IMG/VR virus record: IMGVR_UViG_3300046804_003518
Coordinates: 124,324 to 188,323 of that record
Direction: 5' to 3' (one strand)
DNA: 64,000 nt
Origin: a virus
This document shows, one piece after another, positions 19,701-29,482 of this stretch; position 1 is the stretch's first letter, and each line of letters begins with the position of its first letter. The translations under genes and the position numbers were made by a program. The notes beneath the pieces were generated by a model. It saw only the letters and a program-made list of their open reading frames with translations. It was not told where the DNA came from and made no database searches.

Positions 19701-19888
19701 CTGAAACAAGCGATACAAAAGTGTGGACTACGGAAGTAGTCGAAGATGAGAACAGTGATACAGTTCTATTATTTCCGCCTGACTTTTTAAGTCGTGTTGG
19801 ATGGAAAGAGGGTGATACTTTAGCATGGGTAGTATCTGATGATGGTATGTCATGCTATATTCGTAAACTACAAACACCCGAGGGCTGA
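19697..19888 (+). CDS. AbrB/MazE-like small protein
   Basis: LLFPPDFLSRVGWKEGDTLAW; ATGA overlap with primase stop. Confidence 0.65.
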   Translation: MTETSDTKVWTTEVVEDENSDTVLLFPPDFLSRVGWKEGDTLAWVVSDDGMSCYIRKLQTPEG

Positions 19889-19889
19889 A

Positions 19890-21671
19890 ATGAAATATCT
19901 AGACATCAACATCGACTTATCAAGAGACGAACTATTTGACGATCATGGCATGAAGAGAATGAAAGACTCTTATATGCGTGACGATGAAACGTCTCCACAA
20001 CATCGCTTTGCCTTTGTATCAAAGGCATTTGGTACTGATGAAAAGCATGCACAGAGATTGTATGACTATTCATCTAAGCATTGGTTGTCTTATTCCACAC
20101 CTATTCTTTCTTATGGTAGGACATCTAAGGGATTGCCTATCTCTTGCTTCCTCAACTACATGGACGACTCATCTCAGGGTCTTGTAGATACACTTTCTGA
20201 AACTAATTGGCTATCAATGCTTGGTGGTGGTGTTGGCATTGGTCTAGGTATTAGATCAGCTGACGAAAAGTCTACTGGCATTATGCCTCACCTAAAGATC
20301 TATGATGCTTCTTGCTTGGCCTACCGCCAAGGTAGAACTCGTAGGGGTTCTTATGCTGCCTATCTTGATATTGGCCACCCAGATATTATTCCATTCTTGG
20401 AAATGAGAAAGCCAACTGGTGATCAGAATATTCGTTGTTTGAATCTTCATCACGGTATTAATATTCCTGATAAATTTATGCAGATCATTGAGAAATGCAT
20501 GACAGATCCAACAGCCGATGATACCTGGGAACTTGTTGACCCAGCATCTGGTGAAGTGAAGGAGAAGGTCTCGGCAAGAGAGCTTTGGCAAAAGATTCTA
20601 GAACTTAGAATGATGACAGGCGAACCATATCTTCACTTTGTTGATACTTCCAACAAGTATCTACCAAAGTGGCTAAAGGATAAGGGGCTAACAGTTAGGC
20701 AGTCAAACCTTTGTTCTGAGATCATTTTGCCAACAGATAAGAAGAGGACAGCTGTCTGCTGCCTATCGTCTGTTAATCTTGAGTATTATGATGAGTGGAA
20801 GGATGATAAGAAATTCCTTCGTGATGTAGCTGAGATGCTAGACAATGTTCTTCAACACTTCATCGACAATGCACCAAAGCCAGTTCATAGAGCTGTCTAT
20901 TCTGCCACTCGTGAAAGATCAATTGGTGTTGGTGCATTAGGGTTTCATGCCTATCTTCAAAAGAATATGATGCCATTTGAATCAGCAATGGCTAAGTCTG
21001 CCAACATGAGAATGTTTAAGAACATAAGAGAAAAATTAAATGAGGCTAATAAACAGCTTGGAAAGGAACGAGGTGAAGCCCTTGATGCAGAAGGCACTGG
21101 GTTGCGTTTTAGTCACCTTATGGCTGTTGCTCCAAACGCTAGTAGTTCAATTATTATGGGTAACACTAGCCCATCAATCGAACCTTATAGAGCAAATGGA
21201 TTCCGCCAGGACACATTATCCGGCGCCTATTTCTATAAGAACAAATACCTCAACAAACTATTAATGTCTAAGGTTAAGGAAGATGAACTACCTGAGATCT
21301 GGTCTTCCATTATTGCTAATGATGGTTCTGTCCAGCATCTAGATTTTCTCGATGAATATGAAAGGGATGTCTTTAAGACTTCGATGGAGATTGATCAACG
21401 TTGGATTGTTGAGCATGCTGCCGACCGTCAGCAATTTATTGACCAGGGTCAGTCAGTCAATCTATTCTTTAGACCTAATGTTAATATCAAGTATCTTCAT
21501 GCTGTACACTTTTTGGCATGGAAGCATGAACTAAAGACACTCTACTATTGCCGTTCTGAAAAGATTGGTAAGGCAGATAAGGTTGCCAAGAAAATTGAGC
21601 GTGAGATCATTCAAGAGATTGATATCAAGGCTCTAACAGAGGGTACTGAATGCTTGGCGTGTGAGGGTTAA
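19890..21671 (+). CDS. nrdA: Ribonucleotide reductase class I alpha subunit (short, no ATP cone)
   Basis: GLPISCFL, GEPY, QSNLCSEI, VAPNASSS, DQGQSVNLF, KTLYYCRS, C-terminal CLACEG. Confidence 0.95.
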   Translation: MKYLDINIDLSRDELFDDHGMKRMKDSYMRDDETSPQHRFAFVSKAFGTDEKHAQRLYDYSSKHWLSYSTPILSYGRTSKGLPISCFLNYMDDSSQGLVDTLSETNWLSMLGGGVGIGLGIRSADEKSTGIMPHLKIYDASCLAYRQGRTRRGSYAAYLDIGHPDIIPFLEMRKPTGDQNIRCLNLHHGINIPDKFMQIIEKCMTDPTADDTWELVDPASGEVKEKVSARELWQKILELRMMTGEPYLHFVDTSNKYLPKWLKDKGLTVRQSNLCSEIILPTDKKRTAVCCLSSVNLEYYDEWKDDKKFLRDVAEMLDNVLQHFIDNAPKPVHRAVYSATRERSIGVGALGFHAYLQKNMMPFESAMAKSANMRMFKNIREKLNEANKQLGKERGEALDAEGTGLRFSHLMAVAPNASSSIIMGNTSPSIEPYRANGFRQDTLSGAYFYKNKYLNKLLMSKVKEDELPEIWSSIIANDGSVQHLDFLDEYERDVFKTSMEIDQRWIVEHAADRQQFIDQGQSVNLFFRPNVNIKYLHAVHFLAWKHELKTLYYCRSEKIGKADKVAKKIEREIIQEIDIKALTEGTECLACEG

Positions 21672-21672
21672 C

Positions 21673-22302
21673 ATGAAGTTCGAAATCAGAGATGACTTCA
21701 TTGGTGTATTTGACCAAGCATACTCCCAAAAGCAATGTGATGATTACATTCGGTTCTTCAAGAATGCTGAAAAGGCAGGTCTAGTTGTCAATAGACAATC
21801 GAGCGAAAATGTTTCACCATTTAGCAAAAATGATCTTTCCACAACGGCAAATGGATTGCATGTTTCTCAGTTCATGCTGGATAAAAATCCAGAACTTGCT
21901 GAAGTCTATATGCACTCCAATGAGTTTTCAAAAGTCTTAATGGAACAATGCTTGAAGGAATATTGTAGAGTATATCCAGGATTAGCTGGATTTCCTGATG
22001 CTGAAAAGAAATTATCAATTCAAGATTCTAAGGTTCAGAAAACAGTACCAGGTCAAGGATACCACGTATGGCATCACGAGCATGGTTTTGGTGGTAGAGC
22101 CCATAGACGTTTATTAGCCTTTTCTCTTTATTTGAATGATGTGGCTGAAGGTGGCGAAACAGAATTTCTATACCAAAGAGTAAGATTTAAACCAGTAATG
22201 GGTCAGATGTTAATTTGGCCAGCATACTTCACACATGCCCATAGAGGCAACCAGCCACTTAGTGGCGAGAAATATATTGTAACAGGGTGGATCGAAAAAT
22301 GA
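21673..22302 (+). CDS. 2OG-Fe(II) oxygenase
   Basis: YHVWHHE, LYLNDVAEGGETEF, THAHRG. Confidence 0.88.
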   Translation: MKFEIRDDFIGVFDQAYSQKQCDDYIRFFKNAEKAGLVVNRQSSENVSPFSKNDLSTTANGLHVSQFMLDKNPELAEVYMHSNEFSKVLMEQCLKEYCRVYPGLAGFPDAEKKLSIQDSKVQKTVPGQGYHVWHHEHGFGGRAHRRLLAFSLYLNDVAEGGETEFLYQRVRFKPVMGQMLIWPAYFTHAHRGNQPLSGEKYIVTGWIEK

Positions 22303-23279
22303 CAACAAAACAACAACTAATACTAACAGATGAAAGAAGCTACTTCAAGCCATTCAATTATCCATGGGCCTATGATGCTTGGCTAAAGCATGAGCAGAGT
22401 CATTGGCTACATACAGAAGTGCCAATGAATGAAGATATGAAGGACTGGAAGAATAAACTCAATGACAATGAGAAGAGTTTCCTAACTCAGATCTTTAGAT
22501 TCTTCACCCAGGGGGACATTGATGTTGCTGGTGGTTATATTAAGACCTACCTTCCATTCTTCCCACAACCTGAAGTTAGAATGATGTTGGCTGGCTTTGC
22601 TGCTCGCGAGGCATTACACGTTGCTGCTTATTCTCATTTGATTGAAACTTTAGGTATGCCGGAAGATACATACAATCAGTTCCTAGAATATCAGGCAATG
22701 AAGGATAAGCATGACTATCTAGCAAAGTTTACAAAGAGTGATAAGAAGAGAATTGCACAGAACATTGCTGCATTCTCTGCCTTCACAGAAGGTATGCAAT
22801 TGTTTAGTTCATTTATTATGCTACTTAACTTTCCACGACATGGCAAGATGAAGGGAATGGGCCAGATCATTACCTGGAGTATTGTTGATGAAACTCAACA
22901 TGCTGAGGCAATGATTAAATTATTCAGAACCTATATCGAAGAGAATAGGGAGCTGTGGAATGATGAACTTAAATCTGAAATATATACTATTGCGACTAAG
23001 ATGGTGGAACTCGAAGATCAATTTATTGATTTGGCGTTCCAGGTCGGGCCGATGGAGGATCTTACTTCAGAAGACGTCAAGAAGTATATCCGATACATCG
23101 CTGATCGCCGTCTCATATCACTAGGTATGAAGGGTATCTTTAAGGTCAAGAAGAATCCATTGCTGTGGGTTGAGGAGATGATTAATGCTCCTACCCATAC
23201 CAACTTCTTTGAGAATAGAGCCACTGATTATGCTAAGGGTGCGTTGAGTGGAACGTGGGAAGATGTTTGGGCAGATTAA
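22299..23279 (+). CDS. nrdB: Ribonucleotide reductase class I beta subunit
   Basis: FFTQGDIDV, EALHVAAYS, TEGMQLFSSF, DETQH, YIADRRL, TNFFENRATDY. Confidence 0.95.
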   Translation: MTTKQQLILTDERSYFKPFNYPWAYDAWLKHEQSHWLHTEVPMNEDMKDWKNKLNDNEKSFLTQIFRFFTQGDIDVAGGYIKTYLPFFPQPEVRMMLAGFAAREALHVAAYSHLIETLGMPEDTYNQFLEYQAMKDKHDYLAKFTKSDKKRIAQNIAAFSAFTEGMQLFSSFIMLLNFPRHGKMKGMGQIITWSIVDETQHAEAMIKLFRTYIEENRELWNDELKSEIYTIATKMVELEDQFIDLAFQVGPMEDLTSEDVKKYIRYIADRRLISLGMKGIFKVKKNPLLWVEEMINAPTHTNFFENRATDYAKGALSGTWEDVWAD

Positions 23280-23826
23280 AGTCTTTGATAACTATGTTCC
23301 TAACTTTGTAACAGAAACAATTACAAAGATTGTTGTTGGTTCAAAAACATTAACCAATGAAACAACCAATGCCAACGGAAAGTTATCTTTCTTTTTAAAG
23401 ATTGATGGTACTAGCCCCGGAATGGTAAGCCTGGCCTCTCCAATATTTGACGTTGGAGCGGAAAGTAATAATTTTGAGCTCAGAAAGACCATACACAAAC
23501 TTGCAACTGAAAATATATTAGCCCACCCTCTACTCACTGGCTTTAAACCATACAGAGCCAGAATATATTTTCAGTTTCCAATGGCTGTAGATCATGACCA
23601 CAAGAGCCCTCATGTTAATATGAGAGGTCCTCATCTAGTGGCGTTGCTCTATCTTAATGATAGCGATGGTACAACTGCTTTTTATAATGATGATGAATCT
23701 TTACGAATGGAAGTTGAGCCAAAGAAAAATAGACTAGTAATATTTGATGGTTGTATAAAGCACGGAGTTGGTATTCCAAAACACTCACCACGTATGGTAT
23801 TAACATACGACCTTATTGCAGAATAA
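23263..23826 (+). CDS. 2OG-Fe(II) oxygenase-like protein
   Basis: PHVN..., LLYLNDSDGTT, PKKNRLVIFDG..KH, R; HxD appears as HVN. Confidence 0.7.
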   Translation: MFGQIKVFDNYVPNFVTETITKIVVGSKTLTNETTNANGKLSFFLKIDGTSPGMVSLASPIFDVGAESNNFELRKTIHKLATENILAHPLLTGFKPYRARIYFQFPMAVDHDHKSPHVNMRGPHLVALLYLNDSDGTTAFYNDDESLRMEVEPKKNRLVIFDGCIKHGVGIPKHSPRMVLTYDLIAE

Positions 23827-23829
23827 TTT

Positions 23830-24636
23830 ATGGGCTCAGTAATTGTTAAAGGTCATAAAATAAAAGGCGAAAAAGTTGTTGGTGGGAATAGTATGGAATT
23901 AGATAGAACCAATCATAAGGCAATGGGTGACACTGGTAAGATTCGTCACGCATATATCATCTATATTAATAGGCCTGAATCTATTCAATATGCAAACGAA
24001 TGTGCTAGGTCTTGCGAACAATATGGTTTACCATATACGCTTTGGGAAGGCGTTAATATGGAAACAACAAGAGGTGAGGATCTAGAGAAGGTTACTGGAT
24101 TCATCTGGACATCAAGAACCCCTGAAATGGGATGTACGGCAAGTCATCTTAAACTTTGGAGAACACTTGCTGAACAGCCACATGCTTGCTGTGTGTTTGA
24201 ACATGATGCAATACTAAAAGATAAAATCTACGATACAGAGATACCAGATAATAAACTTGTTATGCTTGGGTATAGAGTATTAAAAGCTGAAGATTATGAA
24301 AGACCAGATGACCCAGTTACATTTATGGATATCAATAAGTTTGAAGGGACTCATGCCTATGCAATAACACCTGCTATGGCAAGGCATATGATCGAAAGAA
24401 TGGAAGGGTTTTATACAAAAGAATTTGGTGGTGTTAATACAACAATTGATGGTATTCTTTCCATCCATGATAATTTTGGAATAGCAAGATGTGTCATGGA
24501 CCCACCACCTGTGGTGTGTGTAGTTGGTGATAGGATATCAACTATTCAAGGTAGGCCAGCTGCCTACAATGCCAGCGTGTCCCCTGGTTTTATGAAAGGA
24601 TTGAAAGCTGAACCTTTGAGGATCACTGCTAGCTGA
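23830..24636 (+). CDS. Glycosyltransferase family 25-like protein
   Basis: AYIIYINR, MGCTASHLKLW, VFEHDA, GTHAYAITP. Confidence 0.75.
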   Translation: MGSVIVKGHKIKGEKVVGGNSMELDRTNHKAMGDTGKIRHAYIIYINRPESIQYANECARSCEQYGLPYTLWEGVNMETTRGEDLEKVTGFIWTSRTPEMGCTASHLKLWRTLAEQPHACCVFEHDAILKDKIYDTEIPDNKLVMLGYRVLKAEDYERPDDPVTFMDINKFEGTHAYAITPAMARHMIERMEGFYTKEFGGVNTTIDGILSIHDNFGIARCVMDPPPVVCVVGDRISTIQGRPAAYNASVSPGFMKGLKAEPLRITAS

Positions 24637-24662
24637 TACATAAATATACCAAGAGGTATATT

Positions 24663-25058
24663 ATGTGGCTATACAATGATAAAGAACTTACGGATGAAGA
24701 CACCAAAGGGTACTATGGTTTCATCTATGAGATTGAGTGCTTAGTTAATGGTAAGCTCTATCTAGGCCGTAAGTATTTTACTAAGGCTGGTACCAAACAA
24801 GTAAAGGGTAAAAAAAGAAAGACACGTAAGGAGTCTGATTGGAAAGACTATTACGGGTCCTCTCCTCGTTTATTAGAGGATGTAGAGAAGTTAGGTAGAG
24901 ATAAGTTTGTAAGAAGAATTGTTCGTCTCTGTAAGACAAGAGGTGAAACAAACTATTGGGAGGCTAAGCTTCAGTTTGCCAATGAAGTGTTGGAGTCAGA
25001 CAAATATTATAACGACAACATCCTGGTGAAATTCACAAGGAGGAATATTGGATTATGA
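24663..25058 (+). CDS. Conserved T4-like GIY-YIG-type nuclease
   Basis: GFIYEI..LVNGKLYLGRKYF, DWKDYYGSS, YYNDNI. Confidence 0.75.
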   Translation: MWLYNDKELTDEDTKGYYGFIYEIECLVNGKLYLGRKYFTKAGTKQVKGKKRKTRKESDWKDYYGSSPRLLEDVEKLGRDKFVRRIVRLCKTRGETNYWEAKLQFANEVLESDKYYNDNILVKFTRRNIGL

Positions 25059-25498
25059 AAGTAGGATTCACTTGTTCGACGTTTGATTTGTTTCATGCTG
25101 GTCATGTGATCATGTTGAAGGAAGCAAAGACGCAATGTGACTATTTAATTGTTGGTCTACAGACAGATCCAACAATTGATAGAAAGGAAAAGAATAAACC
25201 AGTACAAAGTATTTTTGAACGATATGTCCAGTTACAGGCTTGCAAGTATGTGGATGAAATTGTTGTGTATGCTACTGAGAAGGACTTAGTGGATATTCTC
25301 CTAGCCTATCCAATTAATGTTCGTATTCTAGGTAATGAATATGAGCATAGAGATTTTACAGGTCGTGACCAATGTATTGAAAGGGGCATTAAGTTCTACT
25401 TTAACAAAAGAGAACATACATTTTCTACTACCGAACTTCGCCAAAGGGTTGTGGAAGCAGAAGCAGAAAAGACGGTAAAACAGTACGGGTTGCCGTAA
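25055..25498 (+). CDS. Glycerol-3-phosphate cytidylyltransferase-like (TagD family)
   Basis: GFTCSTFDLFHAGH, LIVGLQTDP, RTFSTT-like REHTFSTTELR. Confidence 0.85.
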   Translation: MKVGFTCSTFDLFHAGHVIMLKEAKTQCDYLIVGLQTDPTIDRKEKNKPVQSIFERYVQLQACKYVDEIVVYATEKDLVDILLAYPINVRILGNEYEHRDFTGRDQCIERGIKFYFNKREHTFSTTELRQRVVEAEAEKTVKQYGLP

Positions 25499-25508
25499 CC
25501 TGTTGATT
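25496..25508. promoter_or_regulatory. IHF-consensus site upstream of early promoter
   Basis: TAACCTGTTGATT = reverse complement of WATCAANNNNTTR. Confidence 0.55.
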
Positions 25509-25526
25509 TTATTAGGAATTTAGTTG

Positions 25527-25555
25527 TTGACAAGTTGACCGGATGTGCGTATAAT
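25527..25555 (+). promoter_or_regulatory. Sigma70 early promoter (leaderless transcript predicted)
   Basis: TTGACA-17-TATAAT; ATG 7 nt downstream of the -10. Confidence 0.9.
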
Positions 25556-25562
25556 GGACCTC

Positions 25563-25943
25563 ATGTTAGTATACACTCGTGCTCGCTTCAAGCCTAAAAA
25601 GAAGCGCAAAGTTCGTGGCGTCATTGCAACTAAGTATGATGCCAAGAAATATGCTGATACGAAATCAACATACATTCCTACCTATACCGGGCGCTCCCTT
25701 CGTCCTGGTAGCGAGACCGCAATGCAGGCTCAATCACTACAAACTAACGCATGCTTTACAACTAAGCATTCTGTAATGGATGCTGCCATGTTAGCAAGAG
25801 AGCCAGAGCATGTTCGTGAGGCAATCATTGCTAAGAGTAAGCGGATTGCTATTGCCTACAATAAGGGTGCCTACCAATATGTTACAGACGACACTGATCC
25901 TAAAACTATTGGCAGTGGTGAGAGGTTGAGACGCGGTGGCTAA
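25563..25943 (+). CDS. Basic hypothetical early protein
   Basis: Start set at ATG 25563 because the track start lies inside the promoter; IAIAYNKGAYQY motif. Confidence 0.65.
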   Translation: MLVYTRARFKPKKKRKVRGVIATKYDAKKYADTKSTYIPTYTGRSLRPGSETAMQAQSLQTNACFTTKHSVMDAAMLAREPEHVREAIIAKSKRIAIAYNKGAYQYVTDDTDPKTIGSGERLRRGG

Positions 25944-26781
25944 TGCATTAGTTGTTTTTACACCTAGAAGCGGAAGCACCATTGTTGGCGACCTTCTTGC
26001 CCATAAGTACGATGCTGTAAATCTGGATGAGGCACTAGGTGGTCAGATTAGAGGACCACTAATTAAAAGAATTCCTCCAGATGTAAAACATTGTCTTGAC
26101 CAGTTCAATGTCCTCAAACGAGGCTCAAAGGTTCTTGAAATTGGTCCTGATAGTGCAAAGATTGCATGGGGTGAAGCAGTACAATTTTATGACGATGGTC
26201 TAGCATGCTTTGATCAAATAGCAGCAAAGCATTCGATTGTGGTTAAATGTTATCCTACTATCGGCATACCTGGTGTAAAAATTATCAACTGGGCAATCAA
26301 AAATAACTTTGAGTTGTATTTCACATATAGAAGAAATTTTGAGGAACAACTCTATAGCTACACCTTAGCAGAATGTAGAGAGAAGTTTTATAATAATATT
26401 GCTAAAGCTGGCAAACTAAAAATGCCACCTTATGCCGGCTTCTTGAATACAAAGGGTAGCACTAGAGTGGAGTTTCCACCTGTAGAGTATCCTATTCAAT
26501 TGGCAATGCCTCTAATTATCAGGTTGTGTGGAATAAGAAGTCTATGGTCTTCGTATTATAGAACATACGGTAGATATGGTAAGGTGTTGTGTTACGAGGA
26601 CACCATACAAAAAAATGATTTCAGTGCTCTTGGTATTACTGCCGAGCAATTTAAAGAATATTCCGATAAAGATTCATCTTTAAGACCATCCAATGAGTAT
26701 GTATTGGGAAAGCAAATTAAAAATTGGGAACAAATTGTAAACATAGCCCGCAACTATCATATCGAGCAAGACGATGAATAA
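25936..26781 (+). CDS. Sulfotransferase-like protein (Stf0/P-loop type)
   Basis: 5'-PSB-like VVFTPRSGSTIV, LDE, 3'-PB-like YRRNFEEQLYS, LCYED. Confidence 0.7.
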   Translation: MANALVVFTPRSGSTIVGDLLAHKYDAVNLDEALGGQIRGPLIKRIPPDVKHCLDQFNVLKRGSKVLEIGPDSAKIAWGEAVQFYDDGLACFDQIAAKHSIVVKCYPTIGIPGVKIINWAIKNNFELYFTYRRNFEEQLYSYTLAECREKFYNNIAKAGKLKMPPYAGFLNTKGSTRVEFPPVEYPIQLAMPLIIRLCGIRSLWSSYYRTYGRYGKVLCYEDTIQKNDFSALGITAEQFKEYSDKDSSLRPSNEYVLGKQIKNWEQIVNIARNYHIEQDDE

Positions 26782-27595
26782 CCTTATTCTTTTTACCAAT
26801 AGATCAGGTAGTACCGTTCTATGTGATATGATAACATACGCAAATGAAACAATGAATCTTGGTGAGGCTACCCACTCAACCATTCGTAAATACAATTACA
26901 ATAAACCAGAATATAGGCAAACAGATCTTTATAAAGCCCTTACAGATGATAATCTTACATTCAAGTATCATAGTTTAGAAACTAGAGGATCTGATCATGT
27001 TGGCTTTGTCAAAGCTAAGTCAAAAAGACTTGAACTAATTAAACAAACTTCTATACCATGGACTGCTAAAGAGAACACTGAAAAACAAACAATTGATTTT
27101 GATTTTGTGGATTACTGCATTAATAATAAAAATATTAATGTCTACATGACCCACAGAGAAAATATTGTCGATCAGTTTATATCAACTATCAACGCAAGAT
27201 ATAGAACAGAGATTGCAAAGTCAGGTACTTTCATTTATACGAATCAGCAGACCCAGCGTCCATATGAAACAATGGAAGTAAAATTTAGCTGGTTATATCT
27301 CTATCTCAATGTGTTTATTGACCAGCTGTTGATGTGGAGATTTTTATACGATAAGTATAAACCACATATCAAACTCGTATCATACGAGAAAGAAATCAAA
27401 CCAATGAAGTTTGAAAATATTGGAATTAGTTCAAGTATTGTTGACAAATACAAAAAGGAAACGCAGTACCTAGTGCCTACACCATACAACACATCAAAGG
27501 TAATAGTTACTGATGACCACCCAAAACCAATTGTTGGTGCTTGGGAGCAATCATTATATTACGTTGAAAAATTTAAACATCTAGTGGAGATTTAA
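26774..27595 (+). CDS. Sulfotransferase-like protein (paralogue)
   Basis: LILFTNRSGSTVL, NLGE, HRENIVDQFIS, VSYE. Confidence 0.7.
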   Translation: MNNLILFTNRSGSTVLCDMITYANETMNLGEATHSTIRKYNYNKPEYRQTDLYKALTDDNLTFKYHSLETRGSDHVGFVKAKSKRLELIKQTSIPWTAKENTEKQTIDFDFVDYCINNKNINVYMTHRENIVDQFISTINARYRTEIAKSGTFIYTNQQTQRPYETMEVKFSWLYLYLNVFIDQLLMWRFLYDKYKPHIKLVSYEKEIKPMKFENIGISSSIVDKYKKETQYLVPTPYNTSKVIVTDDHPKPIVGAWEQSLYYVEKFKHLVEI

Positions 27596-27596
27596 T

Positions 27597-28367
27597 ATGG
27601 CATGTACAATATTAGTAATGGGCTTACCAGGCTCTGGTAAAACCACATTTGCAGAAAAGCTGGCAGCGCTACTCGGCGATAATGTTGATTGGTATAATGC
27701 TGACAAAGTAAGACAGCTTCATAACGATTGGGACTTCTCGCCAGAAGGTAGAATGCGTCAAGCAAAAAGAATGAAGGATCTTGCTACAGCATCTAATAAA
27801 CAAGGTCGTTATGCTATTTGTGATTTTGTATGTCCAACATATGAAACCCAGTCATTGTTTGCCAGCGATATTATTATCTGGATGGATACAATCAAAGAAG
27901 GTAGATTTGAAGATACTAATAAGATCTTCCAAAGACCACAAGAGTTCATGTTCTGGATCGATAGCTGGGACTATGAAGATGAGCTTCTTGATATTGCCTA
28001 TATGATTGTAAGTGAGCATTTTGATTGGACAAAGCCAACTGTTCAGATGATGGGCCGCTATCAGCCATTCCATGATGGTCATAAGGCTTTGTTTGAAGAG
28101 GCTCTAAAGAAGACTGGTCAGGTTGCTATCTTTATCAGGAAGATGCCTGAGGACGAAAAAAATCCATTTGGTCATAGAGAAACAGAAACTTATATCTTAA
28201 AGAAGTTGTCAAACTATCTTGGTAAGTTTCAAATTGTTTGGGTACCTAACATTGTTGACATTTCCTATGGACGTGATGTAGGATATACTATTAGTAAGAT
28301 TGAATTACCCGAAGACATTCAGGCCATCTCAGCAACAAAGATCAGGAAAGAGATGGGAATTGGTTAA
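27597..28367 (+). CDS. cysC: Adenylylsulfate (APS) kinase fused to an HxGH nucleotidyltransferase domain
   Basis: ILVMGLPGSGKT, NADKVR, DFSPEGRMRQ, DFVCP, EGRFEDTN; C-terminal MGRYQPFHDGH...ISATKIR. Confidence 0.8.
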   Translation: MACTILVMGLPGSGKTTFAEKLAALLGDNVDWYNADKVRQLHNDWDFSPEGRMRQAKRMKDLATASNKQGRYAICDFVCPTYETQSLFASDIIIWMDTIKEGRFEDTNKIFQRPQEFMFWIDSWDYEDELLDIAYMIVSEHFDWTKPTVQMMGRYQPFHDGHKALFEEALKKTGQVAIFIRKMPEDEKNPFGHRETETYILKKLSNYLGKFQIVWVPNIVDISYGRDVGYTISKIELPEDIQAISATKIRKEMGIG

Positions 28368-28458
28368 TAGTTTTTAACTATTGAGGTAACAGAAACTATG
28401 CATTGAATAAACTGTTAAATTTTGATACACTTTAAATACATATATGAGGTAATACATT

Positions 28459-28761
28459 ATGAAAAAGACAGTTTTAAGTCGGCATGTAGAATGGCCAAGT
28501 AAGAATGGTAATGTTGCTATTTGTAATATGACAGATAGTCACATTAAGTTTACGATTAACAATCTTTACTTCTACGCTGAAGATAGAACAGGTTATGGTA
28601 TAGATGGCATGGATACAAATGTTAGCTATACTGGTTTTACTATTCGTGAGTGGATTCACGCACTTCAGCGTGAGCAGAAACAAAGAAAAAGGGAAGTCAA
28701 AAAGGCTCGCTCAATCCAGCGAGGATTGGCTGCCAGCAAAAAAAGAAGGAGCTTTAAATGA
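28459..28761 (+). CDS. Hypothetical protein
   Basis: SD GAGGT; ATGA overlap with ahpC. Confidence 0.5.
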   Translation: MKKTVLSRHVEWPSKNGNVAICNMTDSHIKFTINNLYFYAEDRTGYGIDGMDTNVSYTGFTIREWIHALQREQKQRKREVKKARSIQRGLAASKKRRSFK

Positions 28762-29333
28762 AAACAGTAGGTGATAAGTTAAATCCGTTTGTAATTACGG
28801 GCGTCAAGCCTGGTGCTTTGGTACCAGAAGGTGCTTTTGAAGATATTACAGAAAAGTCTTTCGAAGGTAAGTGGAAGGTAATTGTTTACTATCCAAAGGA
28901 CTTCACATTCGTTTGCCCAACAGAGATTGTGGCTTACGATAAGCTAAATAAAGACTTCGCTGATAGAGATGCAGTTCTTCTAATTGGTTCTACAGACAAT
29001 GAGTTCTGTAAGCTAGCATGGAAGAATGCACATGAGGGCTTGAAGAAGACAACTTCTTGGTTCTTTGCTGACACGAAGCGTGAACCAGCTGACTATGGTG
29101 TAGAAAACCTAAGTCTTGTTTCAGACCTTGGCGTGTTCTTTAACCCAGCGGGTGCAGCTCTCAGAGCAACATTTATTGTTGATCCTGAGAACGTAATTCA
29201 GCATGTTACAGTTAACAGCTTAGCTGTTGGCCGTAATGCTGATGAAACGCTTCGCATTCTTGATGCATTGCAGACTGGTGAGCTTTGCCAGTGTAATCGT
29301 CAAGTAGGCGAGGCAACATTAAACGCGGCCTAA
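28758..29333 (+). CDS. ahpC: Peroxiredoxin (AhpC)
   Basis: YPKDFTFVCPTEI, RATFIVDP, VGRN..E.LR..DALQ. Confidence 0.95.
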   Translation: MKTVGDKLNPFVITGVKPGALVPEGAFEDITEKSFEGKWKVIVYYPKDFTFVCPTEIVAYDKLNKDFADRDAVLLIGSTDNEFCKLAWKNAHEGLKKTTSWFFADTKREPADYGVENLSLVSDLGVFFNPAGAALRATFIVDPENVIQHVTVNSLAVGRNADETLRILDALQTGELCQCNRQVGEATLNAA

Positions 29334-29482
29334 TGGAAGCAGAAGCAAAACTTCCATTCAGAGAAGTCATTTGGCACTTCTTGTGCTCCCAGTGTAAGCT
29401 CTGGTGGAGTTTTGCTACTGACGACAATTGGAAACCAAAGACATGGTATTGCCCACATTGTGGACATAAAAAAGAAATATGA
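29333..29482 (+). CDS. Small zinc-ribbon/rubredoxin-like protein (49 aa)
   Basis: MEAEAKLPFREVIWHFLCSQCKLWWSFA...WYCPHCG; coupled on both sides (TAATG, ATGA); absent from the track. Confidence 0.7.
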   Translation: MEAEAKLPFREVIWHFLCSQCKLWWSFATDDNWKPKTWYCPHCGHKKEI

